Shown here piece after piece: positions 8,833 through 20,200 of a DNA stretch of 62,177 nt. The notes under the pieces were generated by a model. That model was not told where the DNA came from. It ran no database searches and saw only the letters and a program-made list of their open reading frames with translations. The position numbers and the translations under genes are program-made. This stretch comes from a virus (taxonomy: Duplodnaviria; Caudoviricetes), in IMG/VR virus record IMGVR_UViG_3300032323_001402, positions 1-62,177 of that record. One strand, given 5' to 3'. Position 1 is the stretch's first letter. Each line of letters starts with the position of its first letter.

Positions 8833-9649
8833 CGGCAGAGTTGTTGCCAACAATAACAATAAAATTTTCCTAATAGCAGGCCCTTGCCAGATTGAAAGTC
8901 AAGATCATGCTGAATTCACTGCTGGCTCTATCAAAGAAATCTGCGATGAGTTAGACATTGATCTAATTTATAAAAGCAGTTTTGATAAGGCCAATAGATC
9001 CAGTATTGGAACACAGCGTGGCATTGGTATTGATGAAGGTCTAAAAATCTTAAATTCTATCAAACACGAATTTGGAATTCCTGTACTCACTGATATACAC
9101 GAATCTTATCAAGCACAGTTATCAGCAGACGCTGGTATTGATATATTACAAATACCAGCATTCTTATGCCGACAAACTGATCTATTATTAGCCGCAGGTG
9201 CCACAGGGTGCGCAGTAAATGTCAAGAAAGGGCAGTTCCTTGCACCCCATGATATGAAAAATGTTGCGGCAAAGATCGCTTCAACCGGTAATACTCGTAT
9301 TATGTTATGTGAAAGAGGTTATACTCACGGATACAATAATCTTGTGGTTGATATGCGCAGTCTACCTATTATGGCAGACACTGGGTATCCCGTGGTATTT
9401 GATTGCACACATTCTGTTCAACAACCTGGTGGATTAGGATCAACGTCAGGCGGGGATCGCAAAATGGTTCCTTACTTGGCTAGAGCGGCTGTGGCCACAG
9501 GATGTCTAGCAGGTGTGTTTATCGAAACCCACGAAGATCCAGATAACGCACCTTCAGACGGTCCGAATATGATACCACTGCACGAACTCAAAGATTTACT
9601 TCAAGACCTAGTAGGCATCGATGGATACGTTAAAAAACCAAGAAACTAA
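8816..9649 (+). CDS. kdsA: 2-dehydro-3-deoxyphosphooctonate (KDO8P) synthase
   Basis: [47 protein letters not shown] and SDGPN motifs; ATG at 8816. Confidence 0.95.
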   Translation: MHTFNIGRVVANNNNKIFLIAGPCQIESQDHAEFTAGSIKEICDELDIDLIYKSSFDKANRSSIGTQRGIGIDEGLKILNSIKHEFGIPVLTDIHESYQAQLSADAGIDILQIPAFLCRQTDLLLAAGATGCAVNVKKGQFLAPHDMKNVAAKIASTGNTRIMLCERGYTHGYNNLVVDMRSLPIMADTGYPVVFDCTHSVQQPGGLGSTSGGDRKMVPYLARAAVATGCLAGVFIETHEDPDNAPSDGPNMIPLHELKDLLQDLVGIDGYVKKPRN

Positions 9650-10427
9650 ACAACAAAGGAAACTTCGCAAAGCACTGTTGAAATCGGAAAAAGAAAATCA
9701 ACAGGCTTTAGATAATATTGATCCTAATGTTAAGATTACTGTGCTGTGTGTTCGCTTTGGCAACAAATATGGCAGAGAGTATGTAGAAAGATTACGTAAC
9801 ATGGTCTCGCGACATATGACCATACCCTACGAGTTTGTGTGTCTCACAGATGATCAACACCCAATCACCGGTGTTCGTAGTATCGTACAGCCTAACGCAA
9901 ACTACGCTCGCGGTTGGTGGCACAAGGTTCATATGTTTGATCCTAATATTCCACTGACTGGACGCATCTTATACTTTGATCTAGATGTTGTAATACATGC
10001 TAACATCGATAAACTTGCAGGATATCTCGCCACAGAATTCGTAGGTATACATGATTTCAATAGAAAATTCCATGCCAATTGGAAATATCTCAACAGCAGT
10101 GTGTTAGCATGGAATCACGGAAGCCAAACTGATATTTGGAATCAGTTCAAAACCAACCCCAGAGAAGCACAACGCCTAGCAGGAGATCAAGATTGGATTT
10201 GGAAACTGTGCAGAGATAAAATTAAATTTTGGCCTAGAGAATGGATACAGAGTTATAAATGGGAAATACGCAGTCGAGAAGAATTAACTTTAGTCAATGG
10301 TAGACGACAGTTCACTAATGTGCGTGATGACGTAGTCATTGAGCCCGGATGTTCTGTTGCAGTCTTTCACGGTGATCCAAATCCCTGTGCAGTACGAGAT
10401 AAATTTGTACTTGACAACTGGCGATAA
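9621..10427 (+). CDS. GT-A fold glycosyltransferase
   Basis: [25 protein letters not shown] (DxD), GDQDWI and VFHGDPNP motifs. Confidence 0.75.
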   Translation: MDTLKNQETKQQRKLRKALLKSEKENQQALDNIDPNVKITVLCVRFGNKYGREYVERLRNMVSRHMTIPYEFVCLTDDQHPITGVRSIVQPNANYARGWWHKVHMFDPNIPLTGRILYFDLDVVIHANIDKLAGYLATEFVGIHDFNRKFHANWKYLNSSVLAWNHGSQTDIWNQFKTNPREAQRLAGDQDWIWKLCRDKIKFWPREWIQSYKWEIRSREELTLVNGRRQFTNVRDDVVIEPGCSVAVFHGDPNPCAVRDKFVLDNWR

Positions 10428-11127
10428 ATTTATTTTTGACGTAGACGGGACGCTAACTCCTAGTCGTGGTGTAATGGATCCTGATTTCAAAAAGTGGTTC
10501 CTACGTTTTATCAATCAATATTCCGTAATACTAATCTCAGGCAGTGACCGTGATAAAACTATAGAACAGGTTGGGTTGGACATTGTAGAAAATGTTGAGT
10601 ACTGTTTTAACTGTGCAGGTAATGTTGTTTATCATAAAAATCAATTAGTACATCAATCTACGTGGACTCCACCATCAGAATTAATTGACCAGCTTACCTA
10701 CGCATTGGTACGTAGCCCCTGGCCCACCCGCAATGGCAATCACATTGAAATTCGAACCGGACTAGTAAACTTCAGTGTCATCGGACGTAACTGTACTCAT
10801 GAACAGCGTGAAGAATATTATCATTGGGATCAAGAACATCAAGAAAGAGCTGAGATTTGTAAAAGATTAAAAGAGCTATTGCCCGATCTTACATTTGAAA
10901 TTGGTGGACAGATCAGTATTGATATATTCCCCAATGGACATGATAAATCTCAAATATTATCATACATAAAACAACCGGTTATATTCTTCGGGGATCGTAT
11001 GGAACCCGGAGGCAACGATTATGCATTGGCTCAATCTATACTTGACAACGCTCAAGGAAGATGTTATAATGTTATTAACTGGACCGATACACAGAAAGAG
11101 TTATTAAAATTATGCTCAAACGATTAG
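10411..11127 (+). CDS. eukaryote-type phosphomannomutase (HAD IIB)
   Basis: FDVDGTLTPSR, IE.RTGLVNFS.IGR, GGQISIDIFP and FFGD..EPGGND match PMM motifs; probable TTG start at 10411. Confidence 0.8.
   Translation: MTTGDKFIFDVDGTLTPSRGVMDPDFKKWFLRFINQYSVILISGSDRDKTIEQVGLDIVENVEYCFNCAGNVVYHKNQLVHQSTWTPPSELIDQLTYALVRSPWPTRNGNHIEIRTGLVNFSVIGRNCTHEQREEYYHWDQEHQERAEICKRLKELLPDLTFEIGGQISIDIFPNGHDKSQILSYIKQPVIFFGDRMEPGGNDYALAQSILDNAQGRCYNVINWTDTQKELLKLCSND
11042..11070 (+). promoter_or_regulatory. sigma70 promoter for uvsE (inside the upstream CDS)
   Basis: TTGACA-17-TATAAT with extended TG. Confidence 0.75.
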
Positions 11128-12134
11128 GCTTTGCCTGCAAATGGATCAATGATCCCTCCGAAGTTTCCGGAATGAAAATTAATGCTGTTGATCGCGACTT
11201 AAATACAGGAGCTACCACAGTTAGGTGGTTGCGTGAACATCCTCAAGAAGCAGAACAGCGGCTTTGGGATTTAATGAAAAGAAACATTGAAGCCTGCTAC
11301 AAGTTGGTAGATAGGGTAGGGACATTAGATGAAAATCTTAGAATGGTACGACTCAGCAGCGATATACTTCCTGTATACACTGAGCCTAGTTGGAAGTGGT
11401 TTTGGCGGCAGTCCGATGTCAGAACCTTTGCAGAAAGAGAGTTTGCCCGAGTCGGTGATTTGGCTAGGAAGAGTGATGTTAGGCTCAGCTTTCATCCTGG
11501 GCAGTTTTGCGTGTTGGCGTCTGATAACCCTGACATTGTAGAACGATCAATAGAAGAATTTGAATATCACGTAGACATGGCTCGATGGATGGGCTATGGC
11601 AAAACATTTCAAGACTACAAGATCAATGTACACATTGCAGGACGCCAAGGTCCACCCGGTGTTCGTGCAGCACTAAATCGCATGACTCCAGAAGCTCGTA
11701 ACTGTCTTACTATAGAAAATGATGAAATGACTTGGGGCATTGACTCCAGTCTTGAATTGGTCAATGACTGTGCCCTAGTGCTTGACATACATCACCATTG
11801 GGTAAAAACTGGAGAATACATTGAAGCCACTGATGACCGTGTTAAAAGGATTGGCGATAGCTGGCGTGGCGTTAGGCCTGTTATACATTACAGTGTGTCA
11901 CGGGAAGACTGTCTTATTGACCATCCCGAACACATCCGCCCCGATCTTCCATCGCTCTTAGAGCAGGGTTACAAAAAAGCCAAACTTCGAGCACACAGTG
12001 GCTTTTATTGGAACACTGCGGTAAATGATTGGGCCTTAACGTTCAGACCATATGCAGATATCATGTGCGAAAGCAAAGCAAAGAATCTTGCTAGCTTTGC
12101 ACTATATCAACAGGCATTACGCCTTGGGCTTTGA
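11112..12134 (+). CDS. uvsE: UV damage endonuclease
   Basis: RLGFAC, RLSSD, RLSFHPGQF, NVH, IENDE, LDIHHHW, HYS, RAHS and CESKAK motifs. Confidence 0.9.
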   Translation: MLKRLGFACKWINDPSEVSGMKINAVDRDLNTGATTVRWLREHPQEAEQRLWDLMKRNIEACYKLVDRVGTLDENLRMVRLSSDILPVYTEPSWKWFWRQSDVRTFAEREFARVGDLARKSDVRLSFHPGQFCVLASDNPDIVERSIEEFEYHVDMARWMGYGKTFQDYKINVHIAGRQGPPGVRAALNRMTPEARNCLTIENDEMTWGIDSSLELVNDCALVLDIHHHWVKTGEYIEATDDRVKRIGDSWRGVRPVIHYSVSREDCLIDHPEHIRPDLPSLLEQGYKKAKLRAHSGFYWNTAVNDWALTFRPYADIMCESKAKNLASFALYQQALRLGL

Positions 12135-12317
12135 TTTGGATTTTGTAGCAGATTTAGCTTTGGACACTACTTTTTTTGCGACAGTTTTAGCTTTTTCAGC
12201 AACCACTTTAACTTCTTCCTTGGCTACTTCAACTACAACTTTGGCATCAGCAGCATCTACTTTACCGTCTTTGTTAACATCTGCACGTCCAAAGAGTTTC
12301 TTGAAAAATTCTAGCAT
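12117..12317 (-). CDS. small Lys/Ala-rich protein with DxNxDG motif
   Basis: SD AGGAG and TAAATA upstream on the minus strand. Confidence 0.7.
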   Translation of the reverse strand: MLEFFKKLFGRADVNKDGKVDAADAKVVVEVAKEEVKVVAEKAKTVAKKVVSKAKSATKSKSKPKA

Positions 12318-12336
12318 GATATTTTCTCCTATGCTT

Positions 12337-12351
12337 TATTTACTATAAATA
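12337..12351. promoter_or_regulatory. back-to-back T4-like late promoters
   Basis: TATTTA (minus-strand TAAATA) at 12337-12342 and TATAAATA at 12344-12351, between divergent genes. Confidence 0.65.
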
Positions 12352-12356
12352 TTATC

Positions 12357-12917
12357 ATGACGCTACATTTTATTAAAAGTTTAACAGAAACTAAAGACAA
12401 TCGAGAAATTCGTCAGGACAAACTGAAGTTCCCTAAAGATGCGTTGGATCCTGTAATGAGTGAAGCTACTATTAAATATCACTTCGATGGCTTAGCCAGC
12501 AAGTATTTTGATCGTTACAATGCAGGCGAAGGCGATGCGGATTTCAACTACGGTGGTGCGATGCTGCACAACATTTGGTTTTCAAACCTCACTCCGCCCA
12601 GAGCTGCTAATAAGCCTCAAGGACTTAGCCTAGATCTCATAGATTCTAAATACACTAGTTTTGATAAATTTAAAGAAGAGTTTGAAAAAACTGCTATGTC
12701 AATTCAGGGCAGCGGTTGGATATATATGGATAAGTCGGGTGAAATCCGAACTATTCGCAATCACGAATACAAAAAGAACATGAAGATTGCACTGTTGATC
12801 GATTGGTGGGAGCATGCATGGGCCCTTGATTATCAACAGGACAAAGCCAAATATCTACAAAACATTTGGCGAATCGTTGATTGGGAAACCGTCAACATTA
12901 GACTACAAGGAGAATGA
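12357..12917 (+). CDS. Fe/Mn superoxide dismutase
   Basis: ALDPVMSEATIKYH, LHNIWF, QGSGW and DWWEHAW motifs. Confidence 0.85.
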   Translation: MTLHFIKSLTETKDNREIRQDKLKFPKDALDPVMSEATIKYHFDGLASKYFDRYNAGEGDADFNYGGAMLHNIWFSNLTPPRAANKPQGLSLDLIDSKYTSFDKFKEEFEKTAMSIQGSGWIYMDKSGEIRTIRNHEYKKNMKIALLIDWWEHAWALDYQQDKAKYLQNIWRIVDWETVNIRLQGE

Positions 12918-12919
12918 CT

Positions 12920-13036
12920 ATGTTAGAAACATTATTTTGGTTAGCACTTGGTGCATTTATTGGTTGGAATTTTCCGCAACCAGACTTCGCTAAAGGAATT
13001 CAAGCAAAAGTATTAGGATTTTTTAAGAAAGGATAA
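12920..13036 (+). CDS. small membrane protein (38 aa)
   Basis: SD AAGGAG; MLETLFWLALGAFIGWNFPQP... Confidence 0.6.
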   Translation: MLETLFWLALGAFIGWNFPQPDFAKGIQAKVLGFFKKG

Positions 13037-13042
13037 TCCATT

Positions 13043-13108
13043 ATGGCTTACAGAGCAAAAACAAAAACACAAGCAGCAGTTCGTAGACAACTACGTAAAA
13101 GGAAATAA
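13043..13108 (+). CDS. tiny basic peptide MAYRAKTKTQAAVRRQLRKRK
   Basis: SD AAGGA; 21 aa; tiles the gap. Confidence 0.5.
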   Translation: MAYRAKTKTQAAVRRQLRKRK

Positions 13109-13110
13109 TC

Positions 13111-13185
13111 GTGGCTAAATTTAGAGCACACCATCCAAGATCTATCAAAGCCACTGCTAGACGTGTAATTAGGAAGAAAAAGTAA
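13111..13185 (+). CDS. tiny basic peptide MAKFRAHHPRSIKATARRVIRKKK
   Basis: SD AAGGA, GTG start; 24 aa; ends 1 nt before iscU. Confidence 0.5.
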   Translation: MAKFRAHHPRSIKATARRVIRKKK

Positions 13186-13186
13186 A

Positions 13187-13576
13187 ATGGCATATTCAGA
13201 CAAAGTGATCGATCATTACGAGAATCCCCGTAACGTAGGTAGCTTTGACAAGAATGATTCAGATATCGGCACAGGGATGGTGGGAGCACCTGCCTGTGGT
13301 GATGTTATGAAGCTACAAATTAAAGTTGATGACAACGGAGTTATTACTGATGCGAAGTTTAAGACTTATGGTTGTGGTTCTGCTATTGCCAGTTCTAGTC
13401 TTGTCACTGAGTGGCTCAAGGGCAAGAACTTGGACGAGGCCCAATCCATTAAAAATAGCGACATCGCTACTGAACTTGCGTTGCCGCCCGTTAAAATCCA
13501 CTGCTCAGTATTGGCAGAAGATGCTATTAAAGCTGCGGTAGCCGATTATAAAACTAAACATGATCACGCTATCTGA
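13187..13576 (+). CDS. iscU: Fe-S cluster scaffold IscU
   Basis: [35 protein letters not shown] and LPPVKIHCS motifs. Confidence 0.97.
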   Translation: MAYSDKVIDHYENPRNVGSFDKNDSDIGTGMVGAPACGDVMKLQIKVDDNGVITDAKFKTYGCGSAIASSSLVTEWLKGKNLDEAQSIKNSDIATELALPPVKIHCSVLAEDAIKAAVADYKTKHDHAI

Positions 13577-13880
13577 ACTAGCAGCATCTAAAGTTAAAAC
13601 CCAGCTAGAGCGTAGGGGAAAAGGACTAGGCATCCGGATAGCCGTTAAAACTACTGGGTGCTCAGGGCTTTCTTACGTTATGGAATATGTAGATGTACCC
13701 CTGCCGGAAGATATGAGTTTTGTCAGCCGCAACGTACATGTATTTGTAGATCCTAAGAGTCTGGTTTATGTTGATGGAGTTGAAATGGATTGGGTTCGCA
13801 ATGGACTCAATGAGGGATTTGATTTTAAAAATCCTAATGAAAAAGCTCGCTGTGGCTGCGGCGAGAGTTTTACAGTTTAA
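13560..13880 (+). CDS. iscA: A-type Fe-S carrier IscA
   Basis: GCSGLSY, GLNEGF.F.NPN and CGCGESF motifs. Confidence 0.93.
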   Translation: MITLSELAASKVKTQLERRGKGLGIRIAVKTTGCSGLSYVMEYVDVPLPEDMSFVSRNVHVFVDPKSLVYVDGVEMDWVRNGLNEGFDFKNPNEKARCGCGESFTV

Positions 13881-14164
13881 TATTTTCCCACAGGTAATGT
13901 AGTACTGGCAGGCAAATCCCAGATTTTTTTCTGCTCTACTCCTTTTCGTTGAGCAAATCTCTTAGCATCACATTTAGAACACACATGAAAGAAGTTATTG
14001 TTTAATCTTCTGCGGTCTATCTTTCGCAAATCACGTTCAAATTCTGAGTCACAGTTGTCACAACGAAACTCAGCTATAGTTTTTATACGTTCATACTTGT
14101 GCGTTAAACCTAGTTTGCTGGTTCTAGAATAGGTGGTACGCTGTCTTTTAGTCTTTAGAAACAT
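13877..14164 (-). CDS. hypothetical Zn-finger protein
   Basis: CDNC...CSKC; TAAATA 5 nt upstream on the minus strand. Confidence 0.65.
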   Translation of the reverse strand: MFLKTKRQRTTYSRTSKLGLTHKYERIKTIAEFRCDNCDSEFERDLRKIDRRRLNNNFFHVCSKCDAKRFAQRKGVEQKKIWDLPASTTLPVGKY

Positions 14165-14234
14165 CAAGTATTTACATTAGGCTTTTAAAAAATCAGGCTA
14201 AATATTAGAGAAAGTTTTATTCTTAGGATCAGCC

Positions 14235-17200
14235 ATGGCGAGAAAAGTAATTGATGTAGGTGTAGTCGGTAATGACGGCACCGGTGATAGTATACGTGAT
14301 TCGTTCCGAAAGGTCAACGACAACTTCAGAGAACTCTACAGTTCCTTAGGACTTGGTGAAAAATTAACTTTCATCAATCTAGACGACACTCCTAGTTCAT
14401 ATGTTGGTTTAAATGACTCAACTGGTAACACCCCATTATTAACAATCAACAATACAGAATCCGGAATCGCATTTAAACGCCTAGTATCTGGTACTGGTAT
14501 TGCTCTAGACTTTACCTCTAACAATTCAGAAATAAGAATCATTTCTGAATTTGCAGAAATTTCTGCAGACCCTAGCCCGCAATTAGGTGGAGATCTCAGT
14601 GCGCAAAGCGGAAGCAATCAGTATAGAATCAAAGATCTTACAATACCAGTTACTGCTAACGAAGCTGTAAACAAAGCCTATGCTGATACTAAAATATCCA
14701 AGGCCGGTGTTAATGCTATAGATCCAGCTAGTGGACTAGCCACTACTAATTTTGGTACTATGACCGGTCCGCTAGTATTATCAAGATCGCCAGAGCCGGA
14801 TGATGATATTTTATACAATGGATTGATAGCTGCTACGAAATCATATGTTGATAATGCAGCATTCGGCAGTGTGTCTAATTTGTTTGTGGCTCTCAGTGGT
14901 CAAGATGAAAGACCTGGATTAGCCAGAGAGTTTCAAGGCCGTGCATTGGCCTATGCTTACAGAACCATCGAAGCAGCATGTCGACGAGCAGAAGAATTAG
15001 TACTAGAAGCACGTCAAGAGATCGGCCCTTATAAAAAGGTATTAACCTTCAACGGTCGTGCTGGTGAATGTACACTAACTAGTGTCGCTACATCACCTTC
15101 ATCGGGTGTGGGATTTAGCGGCGCAGTAAAAATGAGTATAGACACTGCGACCCTTCAAAGTGTTGGCACCAATTATTTTCCTGGAGACATATTAGCAGTC
15201 AGCGGCGGAACTATCGCACCGGGCGGCGGAGCCGCAACAATCGAAGTATTGACTACCCTTACCACTCCTGGGGCGATTGCTACCTATAGAATTGTTTCTA
15301 CAGGTGCATACAGTGTGTTACCGGGATCCGTTGGAGTAGCTACAACTATATTAACATCAGCTGCTCCTGTAAGCATAGGAGCCATCGGTACTGGTGCGCA
15401 ATTTAACTTGACCTATAAAGTAAACTCTGTTTCAATTACCAGCGGTGGTACCGGTTACAGTTTAGTATCAGTGAGAATCGCTGGAGGTGGCGGGTCTGGT
15501 GCGTTTGGAACAGCATTTGTTAGTGGTGGTATTGTAACTGGGATCACTATCACAGACCAAGGCAGTGGGTTTATAACTATCCCAACACTGACCGTTGATC
15601 TTCCAAGATTCGCTCTTAGAACAGATGGATTCAGAACTGATTTTACTGGGGATGTACTATCTAGCACTCCAGAAGCTATTCGTGGTCGAGATATCAGAGA
15701 AGGACTATTTTTATACGGAGAAACTTCCGGTGCGTTAGCTCAAATACTAGGCCATAATGGAGAGCTTGACAGCGGAGGCAATGAGTTATTTGATGTTGAC
15801 ATCAAATATGGTGCCTTCCAAGTCGGAGAAGTTATATCTTATGGTGATGTTACTAAAAACATACACATCACTATCAACGTTGAAAGTGGCATCTATGAAG
15901 AAAATTATCCCCTCAAGGTTCCACAAAATTGTTCTATAGTTGGTGATGAATTTAGGCGTTGTATTGTAAGACCTAGAAGCGGTACTAGTTCAAGCCCTTG
16001 GGCTTTTAACAAATTCCGCAGAGATTTAACCATCGACGGATTAACCACCGCAACTAGACTTTATGGTTATCATTATCTGCAGGACAGTTCTCAACCGGTA
16101 TATCCCAAAGTTGATAACAAAGGTGCGTACACATCTGCAGCAGTGCTGATTGATCTAAATAGAGGGTTTTTACAGAATGAAGTTATAGCATGGATTAATT
16201 ATCAGATCGCTAACAACATTGCACCATTCACTCCTGCATTTTCTTATGATAGTGCCGTATGTAAACGAGATGTTGGATTAATACTTGATTCGTTGGTATT
16301 CGACTTAAAATATGGTGAATACAACAGAACTATTTCAGCTGGTTTAAAATATTATCAAAATGCCAGCGGATTACTTGCCATTGGGGCACAACTATCCCAG
16401 ACACTTGCTGCTATCACTAGATTAAACACTTTGATAACTTCTGTGATAGCTAACAGTGTGATCACTGTTAATCAAACGATTATTTCTCAAATTATTGATC
16501 TTGCCTACACCGCAGAAGCAGGTTCTGGTACTGTGATCAATGCATTGATCGCTGCACTCAAAGATGTAATGGATGGCAGCGGCAGCGTAAATTATCCTAA
16601 GGACAATGATCAATTAGATGTATTCTTGTCCAATGACGCTGTACGTTGGCAGGCTATCACAGCGCAGGGTCACGGTGGTTTCATGTTAACTCTTGATCCT
16701 ACAGGACAAATCCTAGCAAAATCTCCATATGCTCAAGAATGCGCATCGTTCTCTAAGAGTATTGACGCTCAGACATTTGCCGGAGGTATGTTTGTTGATG
16801 GGTTCGTAGGTAACCTACAATGGAAACATACTAGTACAATAACTGGCGCAGGTATTATCACAGGTACTAGAATATCTGTTAGTGGATTAGATCGATTCCC
16901 ACAACTGCCAGCCAGCTTCTTGGTAGATGACACAGTTTACAGAGTAAACTACGTTCGAGACTACGTGTATTCAACCACAGGCAGCACAGCTACATTTGTG
17001 CTAGATGAAACTAATGCATTCTTAAGAACTGCTGGCGCTCAGACCTGTACTATCAGTACAGCGACTCCCGCTGTAATCACAAGGGTCGATCATAGACTAC
17101 AGGCTGGTGCTATTGTAACATTCTCCAGCACAGGTACTTTACCCACAGGAATTATAGCTGATACTGAATACTATGTGTTGGCTGATGGATTAACCAATAA

Positions 17201-20200
17201 CACATTTAAGATCACAGCAACGTTTGGTTCCACTACTGCTGTAAACACAACTGCAGGTGGTAGTGGCACAATCAGCTTTCAAAGAACCTACGAATTATTA
17301 ATGCCTGGTAATAGATCAATGCTAGGTAATGACTACACACAGATCAACGACATGGGCTATGGTATTTTAGCTACCAATGGCGGATTAGTTGAAGCTGTGT
17401 CAGTATTCACTTACTATTGCTATATTTCATATTATTCATTGAACGGCGCCCAGATACGATCAATCGCGGGATCTAGTGCGCATGGAGTCTATGCTTTAGT
17501 AGCAGAAGGAGCAGATCCTTTAGAAATTCCAACTCCTACAGATATATTTGAAGACTTTTCACAAAAAATAAAATGTTATTTCCCAAGTGGTTCATTTGCA
17601 AATACCTCAGGCGGATTAGTTATCTTTGTTAATGGGTATGATTATATTCCGCTAGGAAACAGTGAATTAGAAATTGAACATACAATCTTAGGTGCGCCGG
17701 TATTATATCGATATCCTGTTACTGGGGTAACTCAGTCGGACACATATCCCGCTGGAGTAGTCCGACTTAACCTTACTGCAGGTGTCGGAGCAACCAGTGC
17801 TGGGTTAGCTGCTGTAGTTGCTAACGGCACCGTTATGACAATACGTAATAACGGAATAGTAATTCTAACTAACGATCTTGTGGAAGTTGCTGTAAGACCA
17901 TCGACTGGTTTAAAATTACGTGAAACTGCAAACACTGTTTATCGTGTGTTACAATTCAGTTCATATGAAGATGCAAATGGCCCATATGAAGTTAGTATAA
18001 CTAATGCTAGCCCTGCAGTACTAAAAGTACTAGCAACGGTTACAACTATTGCTACAAACGTCTGCACTACATCTCAGAATCATAAACTAAGAATCGGTGA
18101 TCAATTTATACCAACTTCTACAGCTAATAATTTTGTCAGCGGTACTCCTTACTATGTGATCAGTGTTCCCGAATATAATCAGTTCACTGTTTCAACCTCT
18201 CCAGGAGGTTCGACTTTTGCACTAGTTAATGGTACTGGATTGACTATTAAAGGTGCTAAGACGCATAAACTATTAGAGAACTATACTCTAGAATTTACTA
18301 CAACAGGTACATTACCAACAGGTATTGCAACTGCTACCACATACTATGTAATCAGCAGTGGTCTTACTAACACTGAATTTCAGCTGTCACTAACTAAAAA
18401 TGGTGCTGCTATTAATACCAGCACTGCCGGATCCGGAGTTCATAGCTATGCGATGAGAGGGTTAACTAAAACCAACCTCAGAGAAAACTATGATTATATC
18501 GATCTAACACTATGGCAACCTGGCGAATTTATCAGTTCGGCACCTACAGGCACTGAGGTCAGTGGTATAACTGTAGCATCACCTGCAGTGATCAGCACAA
18601 CATCAGCACACGGATTTAGTGCAGGTGATGTGGTCAAATTCACTACATCGACAGAAGGTGTGTTGTTGCCAACTGGATTAAGTAAGAGTCTCCATTATCA
18701 TGTGTTGGCTGCAGGATTAGGTGCAAACGATTTCCGAGTTAGTCTTGTTCCGGGTGGTACAGCAGTTGATACCACTGGTGGTTCATTTACAAATGCTAGA
18801 GTAGGTAAAGTTACCGGACGAGCAGGCGATCTATCATTCGCTGTGGTACCAGTTGGCGGCTCATCAATTTCAAGAGTAAACACTAGTAAATTCGTGTTCA
18901 AAGGTGAAGAGTATATTATCTCCTTGTATGAACCAACCAGTGTAACTTTAGCGAATTATGCCAGAGTAACATTGAGTCGTCCTTTGGTTGACAGCCTTAT
19001 AAGCTATGAGGCTGTGACCACTGTTAAATCTGCGGTTCCGCCGAGATCCAACGGGGCTTTAGGTACATTAACTATTCGTATTGCACTGACTCGTGTCACA
19101 GGACACGACTTATTGGAAATTGGTACTGGGTCTTATGCTGATACTAATTATCCTAGTGAAATTTTTGGAGCTTCGGTAAATCCTCTAGATGAGGATTCAG
19201 AAACACAAGAACGAGATGTAGGTCGTGTATTCTATGTAACCACTGACCAATATGGTAATTTTAAAGTAGGTCCTTATTTTAAAGTGGACCAAGGTACTGG
19301 TACAGTAACATTCTCATCCAGCATTGCCCTAAGTAATCTAGACGGTATTGGATTTAAACGAGGGGTGACTGTTTCAGAGTTTTCAGTTGAATCTTCAATG
19401 TCTGAACAAAGAACCGACACTGTACCAACTGAAAATGCAGTTGCTATTCATGTTCAACGCAGATTAGGTACTCTTGCAGACGGTAGTGCAGTTGACGCCA
19501 CAAATTTAATTCCTCAGATTAGTGGTGGATTCATGGCACTCAGCGGCTTGTTAGGCATGAAGGGTTCTATGAACCTTAATTTTAATAAAATAGTAAATCT
19601 TGCTAATCCTACTAGCGCACAGGATGCAGTAAATCTTCGTAGTCTAACATTTGCTAACTTCCAGAATACCACCATTACTGCACCGCAATCTGCAGACATA
19701 TTGACATTCACTGGTGCGGGTAATTTTGCTCAGAACTCCACTGTAATAGGGGATATCAGTCTAAGCATAGATAGTACTGCTAATACCGTGGATGCACAGA
19801 TTAATCCTAATGTTATCATCGATGCTGATGTTAATGCAAATGCAGCCATTGATCATGCAAAATTAAATCTTGACAATGCTTACCTTACATCGGCATCCAG
19901 CATCACTGGAGTCACTGCCTCAGGTAGCGGATCAGTGGCTACATTAACATTCGCTGGTACAATTTCTCCTGCTCCGTTCTCAGCAGGTCAGAGAGTTGTA
20001 GTTACAGGAATGAGTGTGATCGGATACAACGGCACATACACTGTTGTGTCTTGTAACACTACCACACTAACTTATAATTCAACAACAACCGGTTCTGCCA
20101 CAGGTGGTATTATAAGACCACTCAAAGGTATCGCAAGTTTTAACAGCAGCGAATTTAATGCAGACAATGGATGGATTAGTTTAAAAACCAACGGTGCTGC

